This document shows, piece after piece, positions 28,000 to 37,580 of a DNA stretch of 64,000 bases. This stretch comes from Mucilaginibacter sp. (lineage in GTDB: Bacteria > Bacteroidota > Bacteroidia > Sphingobacteriales > Sphingobacteriaceae), in contig NZ_CBDICW010000001.1 in NCBI RefSeq assembly GCF_965277465.1, forward strand, positions 451,654 through 515,653. The letters run 5' to 3'. Position 1 is the first letter of the stretch; each line of letters opens with the position of its first letter. The position numbers and the translations under genes were made by a program. The notes under the pieces are model-generated. The model ran no database searches, was not told where the DNA came from, and saw only the letters and a list, made by a program, of their open reading frames with translations.

Positions 28000-28200
28000 T
28001 TATGGGCAATACTCGCCGCCTGTGCAGGATACGTTTGAGTTATAGCATGAATATTCGCCGCAATACACAGCAGGATCGCCGGTTGAACAGGTACCAGCCG
28101 TCATAAAGGGTGATGTAGCGGTATCCTGGCAGTGCCAGATAGTTTTAAGGCCAACGCCACCTGTTACATCTTTCATTTCTTGTCTTGATAGTTTTTCCAT
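28000..28200 (-). CDS. double-glycine-leader, six-cysteine peptide precursor (bacteriocin-like), copy 2
   Basis: MEKLSRQEMKDVTGG | VGLKTIWHCQDTATSPFMTAGTCSTGDPAVYCGEYSCYNSNVSCTGGEYCP. Confidence 0.75.
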   Translation of the reverse strand: MEKLSRQEMKDVTGGVGLKTIWHCQDTATSPFMTAGTCSTGDPAVYCGEYSCYNSNVSCTGGEYCP

Positions 28201-28259
28201 GATGAAATTTTAAGGGTTAGTTGTGAATTAAATTGATTTATGATAATTTGCTAAATTAA

Positions 28260-28460
28260 TCAGGGGCATAGTTCAGCACCGGTGCACACTACATTGGAGT
28301 TGTAGCAGGAGTATTCACCGCAATGCGCGTAAGGATCGGTTGTTGAACAGGTACCTACCGTCATATAGGGCAGGTTTGGGGTATCTCTGCAATACCAAAT
28401 GGTTTTAGTAACTATGCCACCAGTTACATCCTTCATTTCTTTTCTGGATAATTTTTTCAT
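28260..28460 (-). CDS. double-glycine-leader, six-cysteine peptide precursor (bacteriocin-like), copy 1
   Basis: MKKLSRKEMKDVTGG | IVTKTIWYCRDTPNLPYMTVGTCSTTDPYAHCGEYSCYNSNVVCTGAELCP. By manual alignment 47/66 positions are identical to copy 2, and all 6 Cys align. Confidence 0.75.
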   Translation of the reverse strand: MKKLSRKEMKDVTGGIVTKTIWYCRDTPNLPYMTVGTCSTTDPYAHCGEYSCYNSNVVCTGAELCP

Positions 28461-28543
28461 TTGCTTTAAGGTTTGGTTTTAACTTATTATCCTAAAGTTA
28501 ATTAAAATATTAATCAATAAGAAATAGAAAAAATTTAAAAGCA

Positions 28544-28575
28544 TAAAAAAACCCATCCTTAAATTAGGATGGGTT
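28544..28575 (-). terminator. rho-independent terminator after the 324-aa gene
   Basis: On the minus strand: AACCCATCC-TAATTTAA-GGATGGGTT followed by TTTTTTT. Confidence 0.75.
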
Positions 28576-28600
28576 CATAAATCTGAAGTATTAATCTACG

Positions 28601-29575
28601 TTATTGACCTAAATTAATATTTAAATCAGCTAAATAATCTTCATCCACATCTCTTGAACCCTGATCTGCAATAAACTTATCAGCATCACCGGCAAATATT
28701 TCTTTAATTGTTTTTTTCCTAAGTGAGATAGAAACTGGCTTTGCACCATCTTTAACTACATAATACCTTTCAACATCTACATATTCGTCATAACGATGGC
28801 CTGATTCAATAACGCCATCAGTATGAAAATCAGCAGCAACCAGTTTTGTATCCACTTTTTTGTAAATCTTAACCTTAGGGCTGTTAACCAAAATCTCTAT
28901 ATACGGTTTACCGTTAATCTCGGGCGCACTTACAAAAATATGCGGGTGGCCTTTGCCATCAAACAACGTAAAACTTTTAACCTCCCCTTTAGGGATCATA
29001 CTCGTCGTTTTTTTGTCTTCAGATAACAACAGGTTACCATTAATTTTGTCGTAGTTATAAACGGTGCCAATATCAGCCAATAGTGTGTCACTTTTGTTTA
29101 TGCCAAAAGCGGGTAACCAGTTAGCAAACATGTAACGGCTACCTCTTGTTTCTTCTTGATTAAAGCCGGTTTTAATAGTTTGAGAAAACGCACCTAAATT
29201 TGTAGTAACCAATAATTGTCTGTTCATTAAAAAACTATTTGATCCGCCAGCATTATCGGCATCTGTTTTTGTTGAGGCCGCTTCTGAACCATTGGAAATC
29301 ATTACCATTTTAATTTTTTGACTTCCGCCAATAGCTACTACTTCATTTTTATAATGAGGGGCTAATGCCACCAGTGACGAAGCCGGATCAACCCTTAAAT
29401 GAAAGTTACCAACAGAGTCAGAAAATGTAGCATAGTTATGTTTTATATCCTTTATAAATGCAAAGGGTACAGGCTCGCCTGCCTGGTTGCTCACCGTTCC
29501 GTTAACCAATACGGTTTGCCCAAAACTAAAAGATGCTATAATGCTAAATAAAAAGCAAAAGTTCAAAATTTTCAT
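28601..29575 (-). CDS. secreted protein with N-terminal carboxypeptidase-regulatory-like domain, function unknown
   Basis: Signal peptide, then the pattern VNGTVSNQAGEPVPFAFIKD...SDSVGNFHL (CarboxypepD_reg-like). The remainder is unrecognised. Confidence 0.55.
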   Translation of the reverse strand: MKILNFCFLFSIIASFSFGQTVLVNGTVSNQAGEPVPFAFIKDIKHNYATFSDSVGNFHLRVDPASSLVALAPHYKNEVVAIGGSQKIKMVMISNGSEAASTKTDADNAGGSNSFLMNRQLLVTTNLGAFSQTIKTGFNQEETRGSRYMFANWLPAFGINKSDTLLADIGTVYNYDKINGNLLLSEDKKTTSMIPKGEVKSFTLFDGKGHPHIFVSAPEINGKPYIEILVNSPKVKIYKKVDTKLVAADFHTDGVIESGHRYDEYVDVERYYVVKDGAKPVSISLRKKTIKEIFAGDADKFIADQGSRDVDEDYLADLNINLGQ

Positions 29576-29751
29576 ATGTTCCTATAATAAGATTAAGATT
29601 TTTAAAGATAAGGATCATCGCCCAAAACCACCACCTAAGCTGCCTGTTTTATTTTAACCCTGAGTAACAATTTGGTTATAAAACGCTCTATTTCATGCTT
29701 AAAGATCTCTTTTATTTAATTATAATATAAATTCTAAGAAATAAAAAAGCC

Positions 29752-29790
29752 GCCTAATTTATAATTAGACGGCTTTTTTTATTTGGTATT
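29752..29790 (-). terminator. bidirectional-type hairpin terminator after the lipoprotein gene
   Basis: A-run, GCCGCCTAATT-TATA-ATTAGACGGC, then a T-run. Confidence 0.7.
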
Positions 29791-29794
29791 ATGC

Positions 29795-30691
29795 TTAGTT
29801 GTGTACTATAACGTCAGCAATTACCCTATTACCTGTACCACCTATATATTTATAGTTAAGGTTAAAGGTTTTAGTTGCAGGATTGTAAGTACAATCACCA
29901 TTGTTTTGAATAGTTTGATTTGGTGAAGTAGGAGCAGGAGTTACAGTAACAGTATTATCTGCATTTACTGTTAAATACATGTAGTATCCATTTCCGCCCA
30001 AATCAGCCGCTTCAGTTTCGCTGGTTGTTGCGTTTATGGTAGTTAAAGGTTTATCACGAGCAGCCCATGACCTGTTTGATGCCGGATTAGGGAATGAAAT
30101 AGAACCTGTAGCTGAATAATCTCCATCGTAGATGTTTTTAACACCCAACACAGCAACTATAGTATCAGCACTTGTACCATCATCTAAATGCTTTCCAGAA
30201 AAACCACCGTGGTTTGTTATTGCATAAGCAACAGCATATTTCTGAGATGGATCAAAATTGGCTCCATTAACATTCAGCACATAGTTTTTTGCAAAAACAC
30301 CAGCAGCAAAATTCATTGTTACGCCTGTAGCCGATGTAGTAATGCTATTATCTGAAGCTTGTGTTGCCAATGAACTTGGGATAGCACTATAGGTACCGAA
30401 TTTTGCTTTAAAAGCGGTAGTAGTAATATCAATAGCTGTTAATGTAACGGTTACGGCTTTTTGAAGATCTGCTTTACTTGCAGCATCACGCCTTACAGAA
30501 AACATGGTAACAGGTATGGTATTAGTAAACGGCAGGAAAAACTGGTTGTTTTGCTGCGCTTCGGTAATCCACACATAGGTTTTACCTGATTGTAGTGTTT
30601 CCTTGCCTTTGTAAGGATCTTTTCGGCACGCGCTGAAAAGCACCATTACAGAGCAACTAAGAAACAGATATTGTAAAAATGTCTTTTTCAT
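29795..30691 (-). CDS. PUL-associated surface lipoprotein, function unknown
   Basis: Lipobox LFSAC. The protein is Thr/Ala/Asn-rich and beta-rich, and sits immediately downstream of SusD, as DUF1735-type PUL accessory proteins do. Confidence 0.55.
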   Translation of the reverse strand: MKKTFLQYLFLSCSVMVLFSACRKDPYKGKETLQSGKTYVWITEAQQNNQFFLPFTNTIPVTMFSVRRDAASKADLQKAVTVTLTAIDITTTAFKAKFGTYSAIPSSLATQASDNSITTSATGVTMNFAAGVFAKNYVLNVNGANFDPSQKYAVAYAITNHGGFSGKHLDDGTSADTIVAVLGVKNIYDGDYSATGSISFPNPASNRSWAARDKPLTTINATTSETEAADLGGNGYYMYLTVNADNTVTVTPAPTSPNQTIQNNGDCTYNPATKTFNLNYKYIGGTGNRVIADVIVHN

Positions 30692-30807
30692 TTTAATGTT
30701 TTTTTAATGTTATTAAAACTATCACAGGTTTCACCTTCCAAATTCTTTGAGCCTCGGCCCATGATAGTTTCAAAATATATTTAAGAACTAAACAATAATC
30801 CTATTGG

Positions 30808-32289
30808 TTATTTATGCTGGCCTTTACCAATATCCCACCATACCCAATTGTCTTGAGAATCAACACCTGGATTAGGTCCTTTTTCTCTGGCAACTGCAGC
30901 TTGTACGCTTGCCTGGTTGGTAGTATACTCACTTGATGCATAAACAAACCTTCTAACAATCTCGCCCGAAGAGTTACTTGCAGCCGGAGCTGGTGTAAGA
31001 TTAGGGAAACCTGTTTTGCGGAAAATATCCCAGCCCATGTGTCCGTCAGGGTAGCTTGCTAACCACTGTTGGGTAGCAATCCTTCTTTCATTATCAGGAG
31101 AACCTGCTGCAGAAATTGCAACCTTAGGTCCGGTTGCATAACCCGGATTACTAACACCCCATTGAGCGAATGATAATGCGATACCATTTGCATAAGAAGT
31201 GGCAAGGGTACCTCCATCAATCCAACCAATGTTAGCAGCTTCAGCTTCAGCTAATGCTACCTGTGCGGCACTTACTATAGTAACCCTGCTTGTAGCAGCA
31301 GTTGTTACACGTAAATCAGCACGTAAAACAAGCGCCCATGTAGGGTTAGCAGCAGTAAATGCAGTAACCGCTGTGCGGCCTAAACCGTAAGGAACACCAA
31401 CATTTGAAGTTACAGTACCACCTGTTGTTTGAGCCGGATCTGAAAAAGAACCTCCGAATGGATTTGTTCTTGGATCGTTATAAGCAGATGTAGTATCAGT
31501 AACTGTTTTACTTTCTGCCCAGTCAGTTCTACCATTATAAAGGTTATACCAAGGAGAGCTATAAGTTGAACCCGGATAAACAACTGCAAAATTTTGAGCA
31601 TTTGTTGTTATAGGGCCAGCGTTCATAGCAGCAGTAAAGGCTGCTTTAGCAAAAGCGTTATCAGATGCTTTTGAAGCCTGGATAGCTATCAGCATACTCA
31701 AAGAGTTTGCTGCCCTTTTCCATGAAGCGGCATCACCACCATAGATAAGATCACCTTGAACAGTTCCGCCATCCATTGATGCTACTGCAGAAGATAAGGT
31801 TGTTAATAATCCCTTGTAGATATCTTCCTGTTTATCATAAGCCGGAGTAATCACCTTTATACCCTGCAATGCCTGGCTGTAAGGAATATCACCATAACTA
31901 TCTGTAAGTACCCAGAATATGTAAGACTGAAGTATTTTAGCTACAGCTACAGAGTTTTTATCCTGGTTAAGGTTAATAACATTCTGTAAATCGTAAAGGC
32001 TACCATTATATGAACCTGTAAAATCAGTGTTTGGCAGGGTATATAATGATGTACCTGGGTATTGTGTTTCTGAAAAGTACTGAGCATATGCACCTGGGCC
32101 AATTGCATAAGCATTGGTTGATGCATAACCGCCCACGCCTGACATTACACTTGCCAATAGTGCAGACACAATTGGTTTAGTAGTTGCCGATGGATCAAGG
32201 TTCGTTGTTCCAAAGTCGTTTGGCTTTTTACAGCTCGACGCCCCCCATAACATAAGGCCTGCGAGTGTGTATATATATATTTTTTTCAT
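30808..32289 (-). CDS. SusD/RagB family nutrient-binding outer-membrane lipoprotein
   Basis: Lipobox GASSC. The size and its position directly downstream of SusC fit, as do the TPR-like helical N-terminal region motifs (YIFWVLTDSYGDIPYSQAL). Confidence 0.85.
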   Translation of the reverse strand: MKKIYIYTLAGLMLWGASSCKKPNDFGTTNLDPSATTKPIVSALLASVMSGVGGYASTNAYAIGPGAYAQYFSETQYPGTSLYTLPNTDFTGSYNGSLYDLQNVINLNQDKNSVAVAKILQSYIFWVLTDSYGDIPYSQALQGIKVITPAYDKQEDIYKGLLTTLSSAVASMDGGTVQGDLIYGGDAASWKRAANSLSMLIAIQASKASDNAFAKAAFTAAMNAGPITTNAQNFAVVYPGSTYSSPWYNLYNGRTDWAESKTVTDTTSAYNDPRTNPFGGSFSDPAQTTGGTVTSNVGVPYGLGRTAVTAFTAANPTWALVLRADLRVTTAATSRVTIVSAAQVALAEAEAANIGWIDGGTLATSYANGIALSFAQWGVSNPGYATGPKVAISAAGSPDNERRIATQQWLASYPDGHMGWDIFRKTGFPNLTPAPAASNSSGEIVRRFVYASSEYTTNQASVQAAVAREKGPNPGVDSQDNWVWWDIGKGQHK

Positions 32290-32331
32290 CTTTTTTATGT
32301 ATCTAAATTTAGTTTTAAATTACGTAATCGC

Positions 32332-35300
32332 TCAAAAACCAACTTTAAGGTTAAATCCAAAACCTCTTGTTCCTGGCAATTGTCCTTGCTCACCTTGTAC
32401 AGAGCTGATCTGTGATGGATCAAAGTCTTTGGTTTTTGCATAAATTAACCAAAGGTCATGCGCCTGAAGCTGGAAGGTAGCATTCTTGATGTATGAACCT
32501 AAACCTAATTTTTTAACCGGGATGCGGTAAGAAATACCAGCTTCACGTAATTTTATGAATGTTAAATCGTAAACAAACTCATCTTCAGCGCTGTTGTTAA
32601 AGTTATTATGATAATAATCATAAGCACTAACATATTTGCTTACTGGCTTACCTGTTGCATCAACACCAACCTGGTGTATACCACCACCATCAGCTACTGC
32701 ATCACGAACCGGGTTGCCCTTATCGTTCAATGCTGCTGTACGTGCAGTTAAACCGCTGAATGAACCGAATGCATCAGATAATGAAGCAAATTTACCACCA
32801 AATTGATAATCGATGTTAAAGTTAACTGCAAAATCTTTCAGGAAAGTAAAGGAGTTTTGTAAACCACCTGTATGTTTTGGTAATACGCTGCCAAAATAAA
32901 CCGCAGGGTTGTTTTGGTAGAAACCATTAGCATCAAGTATAGGGATACCAGCACCGTTACGCAGGATACCACCACCAAATAATTGTCCCCATGTCATACC
33001 TACTTTTTGAACTAAGTAAGGCACGTTTGAGAAAGTGTTACCACCGCCTGAAACAACGATTTGTGTTACGTTATATTTAGGGCTGATAGATATAATTTTA
33101 TCCTCTAACAGGTTTGAGTAAGTGAAGTTGATATTCCATGAGAAGTTAGCCGTTTTAACAGGGTAACCGTACATAGTTAAATCAAAACCTTTTTTAGCAA
33201 CTAAACCAAAGTTAGTTAAGATGGTATTAAAACCGCTGGCACCGTTAACTGTTACTGTTTGAGGAATTTCTTTTTCAGAACCGTCCCAATAAGTACCCGC
33301 AACACCGATCCTGTCATTCAGGAATCTTAAGTCAATACCTAACTCCTTTTGAGTAACTGTTGCACCATGTATAACAGGGTCAACAAAAGTATCCGGAGTT
33401 TGCATTAACAACTGGCCATTGTATTTTGTAGCATTTACGTTGTAAGCAGCTCCCGGGTATCTGTAAGCACCAAATGTTTCGTTTGAAGTACCTAATGCTT
33501 TAGGGATCTGTCCGTAAGTTGCTCTTACTTTACCATAGCTTAACCAAGGTGTTTTGTCCTTAAGCAAATCGCTGAATACAAATGATAAACCAGCTGATTT
33601 TGATAACACATCATTTTTAGCCTGTGGCAAAGTTGAAAACCAGTCATTACGTAATGAACCATCAAGGAATATCAGGTTTTTCCAGCCTAAAGCTAAACGG
33701 CCTAATACAGCTTTGTAAGCTTCCTTAATTCTGGTGTTTGTTAAAGTAGGTGGATTTACGCTGTTATTAACAGTGTAAAGATCAGGTATAGATAAACCTT
33801 GGTTGGTTGAAACTGAATTATCTTTGTAAGTCCAGTTAAATACGTCAGTACCAGCATTAGCATCAACAGTAAAATCTTTGATCTTTTTGTTGTAAGTAGC
33901 TAAAAACTCATAGTTTTCGCGGTTTGAGTAAGTGTTTTGAGTATAGTAGCTCGCTTTAACACCTGTTTGTACAGCACTTATTTCTTCTTCTGTAGGAACG
34001 ATGTTCTCAGTATAAGAAGTAGCCTGTTGTTTACGGTAAGTTGCTTTGAAGCTTAAATCGTTATTTACTTTGTAAGTAAATGCGATGTTACCAAATAAAC
34101 GGTCGCGGTTGTAATAATCTTTGTTTAAATCCTGGTAAGTATAAAAGTTGTACCAGTAGTTACCACCGTAAAATGCTGAAGGGTTAGCTGAGTTCCATGC
34201 ATTTGGATCATTGTGATTCCAGCTTGCATATTGGCCCGGGCCATATTGTAAACCTCTAAGTTCTTTCATGATACTCATATCAATATCACGGTGGAACCAT
34301 TGGTCAAATGAACCTGATGACTGGTTAGCATAACCATCCTGAACTAAACCATCTTGTTTCTGGTTAACATAGTTAATGTTAGCAGATAATGAGAAGTGTT
34401 TGCTCAAATCATAGTAATAGTTAAGGTTCAGGGTATTTCTTTTTAAGTCCTGATCAGGAATTACGCCTCTTTGGTAAACATTACCGTAAGACATTTTAAA
34501 GCTGTAATCATCACCGGCCTTGTTAAAGGTAACACTGTTATCCAACAGATCGCCTGTTTGGAAGAAACTTCTGGTGTTGTTAGGCTGTGGTGTAAATAAA
34601 GCAGTTTTGTAAGAGTACTTTGTGCCAGCATACCAGGCATACCAAGGAATATACTCCTGGCCAACCATTTTAGGACCCCAGCTGCTATCATCTGAATAAT
34701 CAGGATAGTATTTGCCGCTTAATGCTTTCCAGGCAACAGGATCGCCGTCTTTCCAAACGTACTGCTCAAAGTTAGGATCATTACCACCACCATAAGTGTT
34801 TTGATAGTTAGGCAAAATGTAAGCCTTGTCAAATGTAGCGCCTAATCTAAGGTCAATACCTAAACCACCATTCTTTTTAGCTTTGCTTGTAGTGATGATG
34901 ATAGCACCGTTAGCACCTTGCGAACCCAATAGAGCCGCTGCTGCTGCACCTTGCAATACCGTAACGCTTTCAATGTCGTCAAGGTTGATATCATCAGAGT
35001 TTGGAAGGATAGTACCATCAACCACGTAAAGGGCACCTGAACCTGTTCCGAAACCAGATGCACCACGAAGCCTTACTTCGGTGTTACGACCCAATGCCGC
35101 TGCCGACTGGCTACGAACCTGGATACCTGCAACCTTACCAGCTAAGGCATTGTTGATGTTTGGCTGACGAACCGTGTTCAATTCGGCAGAGGTAACAACC
35201 TGTGCTGAGTTTGAAGCCGAACGGCCAGATTGCTTAATACCATAAGCACTTGTAACAACAACTTCTTTCAACTCTTTTGAGTTTGATTCTAAAGTAGCAT

Positions 35301-35577
35301 TTAAAACATCAGTTGCACCAATGTTTAATACAAGCTTGTTGTAACTAACATAAGTGAATGCTAATGATTTTGCCGATGCCGGCACTTTGATGGTAAATTT
35401 ACCATAGTCATTGGTTTGAGTACCAACTTGCGTTCCTGGTACAGTAACGCTTACTCCAGGAAGCGGCAAGCCGTCGTCCTTAGAAGTAACCGTACCAGTA
35501 ATTGTTCGATTTTGTGCAAATGCCTGTGTTATGCATAACATCAGGAAACACAAACTTACTAGTAAAAGTTTTTTCAT
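32332..35577 (-). CDS. SusC/RagA family TonB-linked outer-membrane protein
   Basis: 1081 aa. Signal peptide, then a CarboxypepD_reg domain (ITGTVTSKDDGLPLPGVSVTV), a plug region (IESVTVLQGAAAAALLGSQGANGAIIITTKKA), and a C-terminal F. There is no STN/anti-sigma signalling extension. Confidence 0.9.
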   Translation of the reverse strand: MKKLLLVSLCFLMLCITQAFAQNRTITGTVTSKDDGLPLPGVSVTVPGTQVGTQTNDYGKFTIKVPASAKSLAFTYVSYNKLVLNIGATDVLNATLESNSKELKEVVVTSAYGIKQSGRSASNSAQVVTSAELNTVRQPNINNALAGKVAGIQVRSQSAAALGRNTEVRLRGASGFGTGSGALYVVDGTILPNSDDINLDDIESVTVLQGAAAAALLGSQGANGAIIITTSKAKKNGGLGIDLRLGATFDKAYILPNYQNTYGGGNDPNFEQYVWKDGDPVAWKALSGKYYPDYSDDSSWGPKMVGQEYIPWYAWYAGTKYSYKTALFTPQPNNTRSFFQTGDLLDNSVTFNKAGDDYSFKMSYGNVYQRGVIPDQDLKRNTLNLNYYYDLSKHFSLSANINYVNQKQDGLVQDGYANQSSGSFDQWFHRDIDMSIMKELRGLQYGPGQYASWNHNDPNAWNSANPSAFYGGNYWYNFYTYQDLNKDYYNRDRLFGNIAFTYKVNNDLSFKATYRKQQATSYTENIVPTEEEISAVQTGVKASYYTQNTYSNRENYEFLATYNKKIKDFTVDANAGTDVFNWTYKDNSVSTNQGLSIPDLYTVNNSVNPPTLTNTRIKEAYKAVLGRLALGWKNLIFLDGSLRNDWFSTLPQAKNDVLSKSAGLSFVFSDLLKDKTPWLSYGKVRATYGQIPKALGTSNETFGAYRYPGAAYNVNATKYNGQLLMQTPDTFVDPVIHGATVTQKELGIDLRFLNDRIGVAGTYWDGSEKEIPQTVTVNGASGFNTILTNFGLVAKKGFDLTMYGYPVKTANFSWNINFTYSNLLEDKIISISPKYNVTQIVVSGGGNTFSNVPYLVQKVGMTWGQLFGGGILRNGAGIPILDANGFYQNNPAVYFGSVLPKHTGGLQNSFTFLKDFAVNFNIDYQFGGKFASLSDAFGSFSGLTARTAALNDKGNPVRDAVADGGGIHQVGVDATGKPVSKYVSAYDYYHNNFNNSAEDEFVYDLTFIKLREAGISYRIPVKKLGLGSYIKNATFQLQAHDLWLIYAKTKDFDPSQISSVQGEQGQLPGTRGFGFNLKVGF

Positions 35578-35592
35578 GTTTGTTAATAATAA

Positions 35593-35614
35593 GATCAGTT
35601 AATAGTTAATTAAT
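35593..35614 (-). promoter_or_regulatory. conserved 22-nt SusC leader motif (copy 2)
   Basis: On the plus strand: GATCAGTTAATAGTTAATTAAT, 15 nt from the ATG. 20/22 identical to 40825..40846. Confidence 0.5.
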
Positions 35615-35661
35615 CATAAAAGTAGTGTTACATTATTAAATTGTCAAGTTAAATCGTAAAA

Positions 35662-35693
35662 AACATTGCTTTTTTTTAAAAAAAAGTAATGTT
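35662..35693. repeat. 32-bp AT-rich near-perfect palindrome upstream of SusC copy 2
   Basis: AACATTGCTTTTTTTT/AAAAAAAAGTAATGTT with one mismatch. Confidence 0.7.
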
Positions 35694-36036
35694 ATATAGT
35701 AAATGTGATAAAATTAATAATATGCATTACAAGGTAGCTGTTTATACCTATATATATGATATTGTTACAAAAACAGGGCAAATTCGTCATAAAAACGAAC
35801 TTCTATAAGACAAAAAACTACAATTTCAACAAGCAATTTTTAAGTAACACCAGCGCGAAACCTATTAAAACGATTAAAAAACAGGCGAAATAAAAAATCA
35901 CTTCCTGCTGATAATGAAAAGATTAAGACAAATGCAATACATCGGGACAGATGGAGAACAGCCCGGACAAGTTTAGCTGGCAACTAAACGTTTAAACCAA
36001 TAAACAGCGTGTAAACGCCCGGAGATGGCGACACGC

Positions 36037-36076
36037 TAAAAAAATCCGGAAAGCCTAAAAATCAGGCTCTCCGGAT
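36037..36076 (-). terminator. rho-independent terminator after the first SusD
   Basis: On the minus strand: ATCCGGAGAGCCT-GATTTTT-AGGCTTTCCGGAT (12/13 paired) followed by TTTTTTT. Confidence 0.75.
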
Positions 36077-36094
36077 TATATTAACTAAATAGGA

Positions 36095-37567
36095 TTATTT
36101 TTCGAAAAATAATTTTGTGGTTACCAAATCGCCGCCAATTGCGGTTGCTGCCTGGTTATAACTAACCACATTTACGTTTTGCTCACTTATTGGGTAAGTA
36201 AAACGTACCGGAAATGCACTAAATGCATTTGGCGGAGGAGTTAATGCTGGTGATTTTAACCTCCTGGTTGCAATCCATGCATCCCATCCCCTGTTATAAT
36301 AAGCAAGGTATTCCTGTTTTGCAATTTGTGAAAAATCAGTACCTGTTTCACTAAACGTATTACCTGGTAAGGCTAAATAAGCAGCTGCGCTGGCTGTTGA
36401 GCCTGTCCAATAAGCAATTGAAGAAGTAACAGCACTATTATACAAAGCTGCTGCATCGCCTGTTATAAAGCCTCTTTGTACCGCTTCTGCCTGGTTAAAG
36501 GCAGTTTCGGTATAATCAAGTAATACGCCAGGGAAATCAGGGTTTGTTAATGAGCCTATTGACCCCTCTGTAAGCAACGGACCAGCAGGTAATGAAAACT
36601 GACTGTAAACAATGCCACCATTACCAGAGCCGTTTGAGGCACCTATATAAGTACCTGCTGCATTTTGCGCAAAGTAATATGGTAAACGGGGATCCTGCGT
36701 AGCAGTGTTTGGATTTAATAAATTAATAAACTGGCTTGTTCCAACAAAATCATGCCTGCCGCTCTGTACCAAATCAACCCAAACAGGATTGGTATTTGGC
36801 GGTGTAGCTACATAGTTAAATGTTGCATTGTCATCGTTTGATGCAAATACACCACCATTAGCCGGTGCTACCGCTGCTGCAATTTCAGTTTTTGCAGTGG
36901 CTGCATCATAATCAGCAATGGTGATACCCATTTTTAATTTAATTGAGTTGGCAAACTTTTTCCACTGGCCAATATCGCCGCCATAAATAATATCGGCGCT
37001 GCCAATGCTTCCTGCCGAAGTGTTCAAGGCAGCAATATCAGCATCCAAACGGGTAAACAATTCGTAATAAACTGTTTTTGCATCATCGTATTTAGGGAAA
37101 GGTTTGGTTATATCCAATGCTTGCGAATATGGGATATTACCAAATGTGGTTATCAGATAATAATAGCTGTAAACCTGTAATATATCGGCCATTGCTATTT
37201 CATTTTTTTGAGTACCGCCATCTTTTACATCGGTAGCCATTAACGTTTTTGCATTCTGCAGGTTTTTCAAAACACCTGTATAAAAGGCATTCCAGATATT
37301 ATCCGGTTGTTTACGGTAAGTGATCTGGTATTGGGTTTCATTTAAATAGGTAGTTTCTGTCCATTGCTGCTCAATTAAACGGAATATATTTAAATTAACA
37401 CTTGATGATGTTAAAGTATTGCTTAGTAACCTTTCACTTTCGGTAAACAGTGTATATGACGGCACAACCGACGGGTTCTTGGGATCGTTGTTAAGACTGG
37501 TAAGGTCCTTTTTACAGCCCGCCAGTAACGTTAGCGACGCTGCAAAAATTAATGCTGTTTTTTTCAT
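36095..37567 (-). CDS. SusD/RagB family nutrient-binding outer-membrane lipoprotein
   Basis: Lipobox LLAGC. It lies directly downstream of SusC (13-nt gap) and has the motif YYLITTFGNIPYSQAL. Confidence 0.85.
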   Translation of the reverse strand: MKKTALIFAASLTLLAGCKKDLTSLNNDPKNPSVVPSYTLFTESERLLSNTLTSSSVNLNIFRLIEQQWTETTYLNETQYQITYRKQPDNIWNAFYTGVLKNLQNAKTLMATDVKDGGTQKNEIAMADILQVYSYYYLITTFGNIPYSQALDITKPFPKYDDAKTVYYELFTRLDADIAALNTSAGSIGSADIIYGGDIGQWKKFANSIKLKMGITIADYDAATAKTEIAAAVAPANGGVFASNDDNATFNYVATPPNTNPVWVDLVQSGRHDFVGTSQFINLLNPNTATQDPRLPYYFAQNAAGTYIGASNGSGNGGIVYSQFSLPAGPLLTEGSIGSLTNPDFPGVLLDYTETAFNQAEAVQRGFITGDAAALYNSAVTSSIAYWTGSTASAAAYLALPGNTFSETGTDFSQIAKQEYLAYYNRGWDAWIATRRLKSPALTPPPNAFSAFPVRFTYPISEQNVNVVSYNQAATAIGGDLVTTKLFFEK

Positions 37568-37580
37568 GTCTATATATAGA

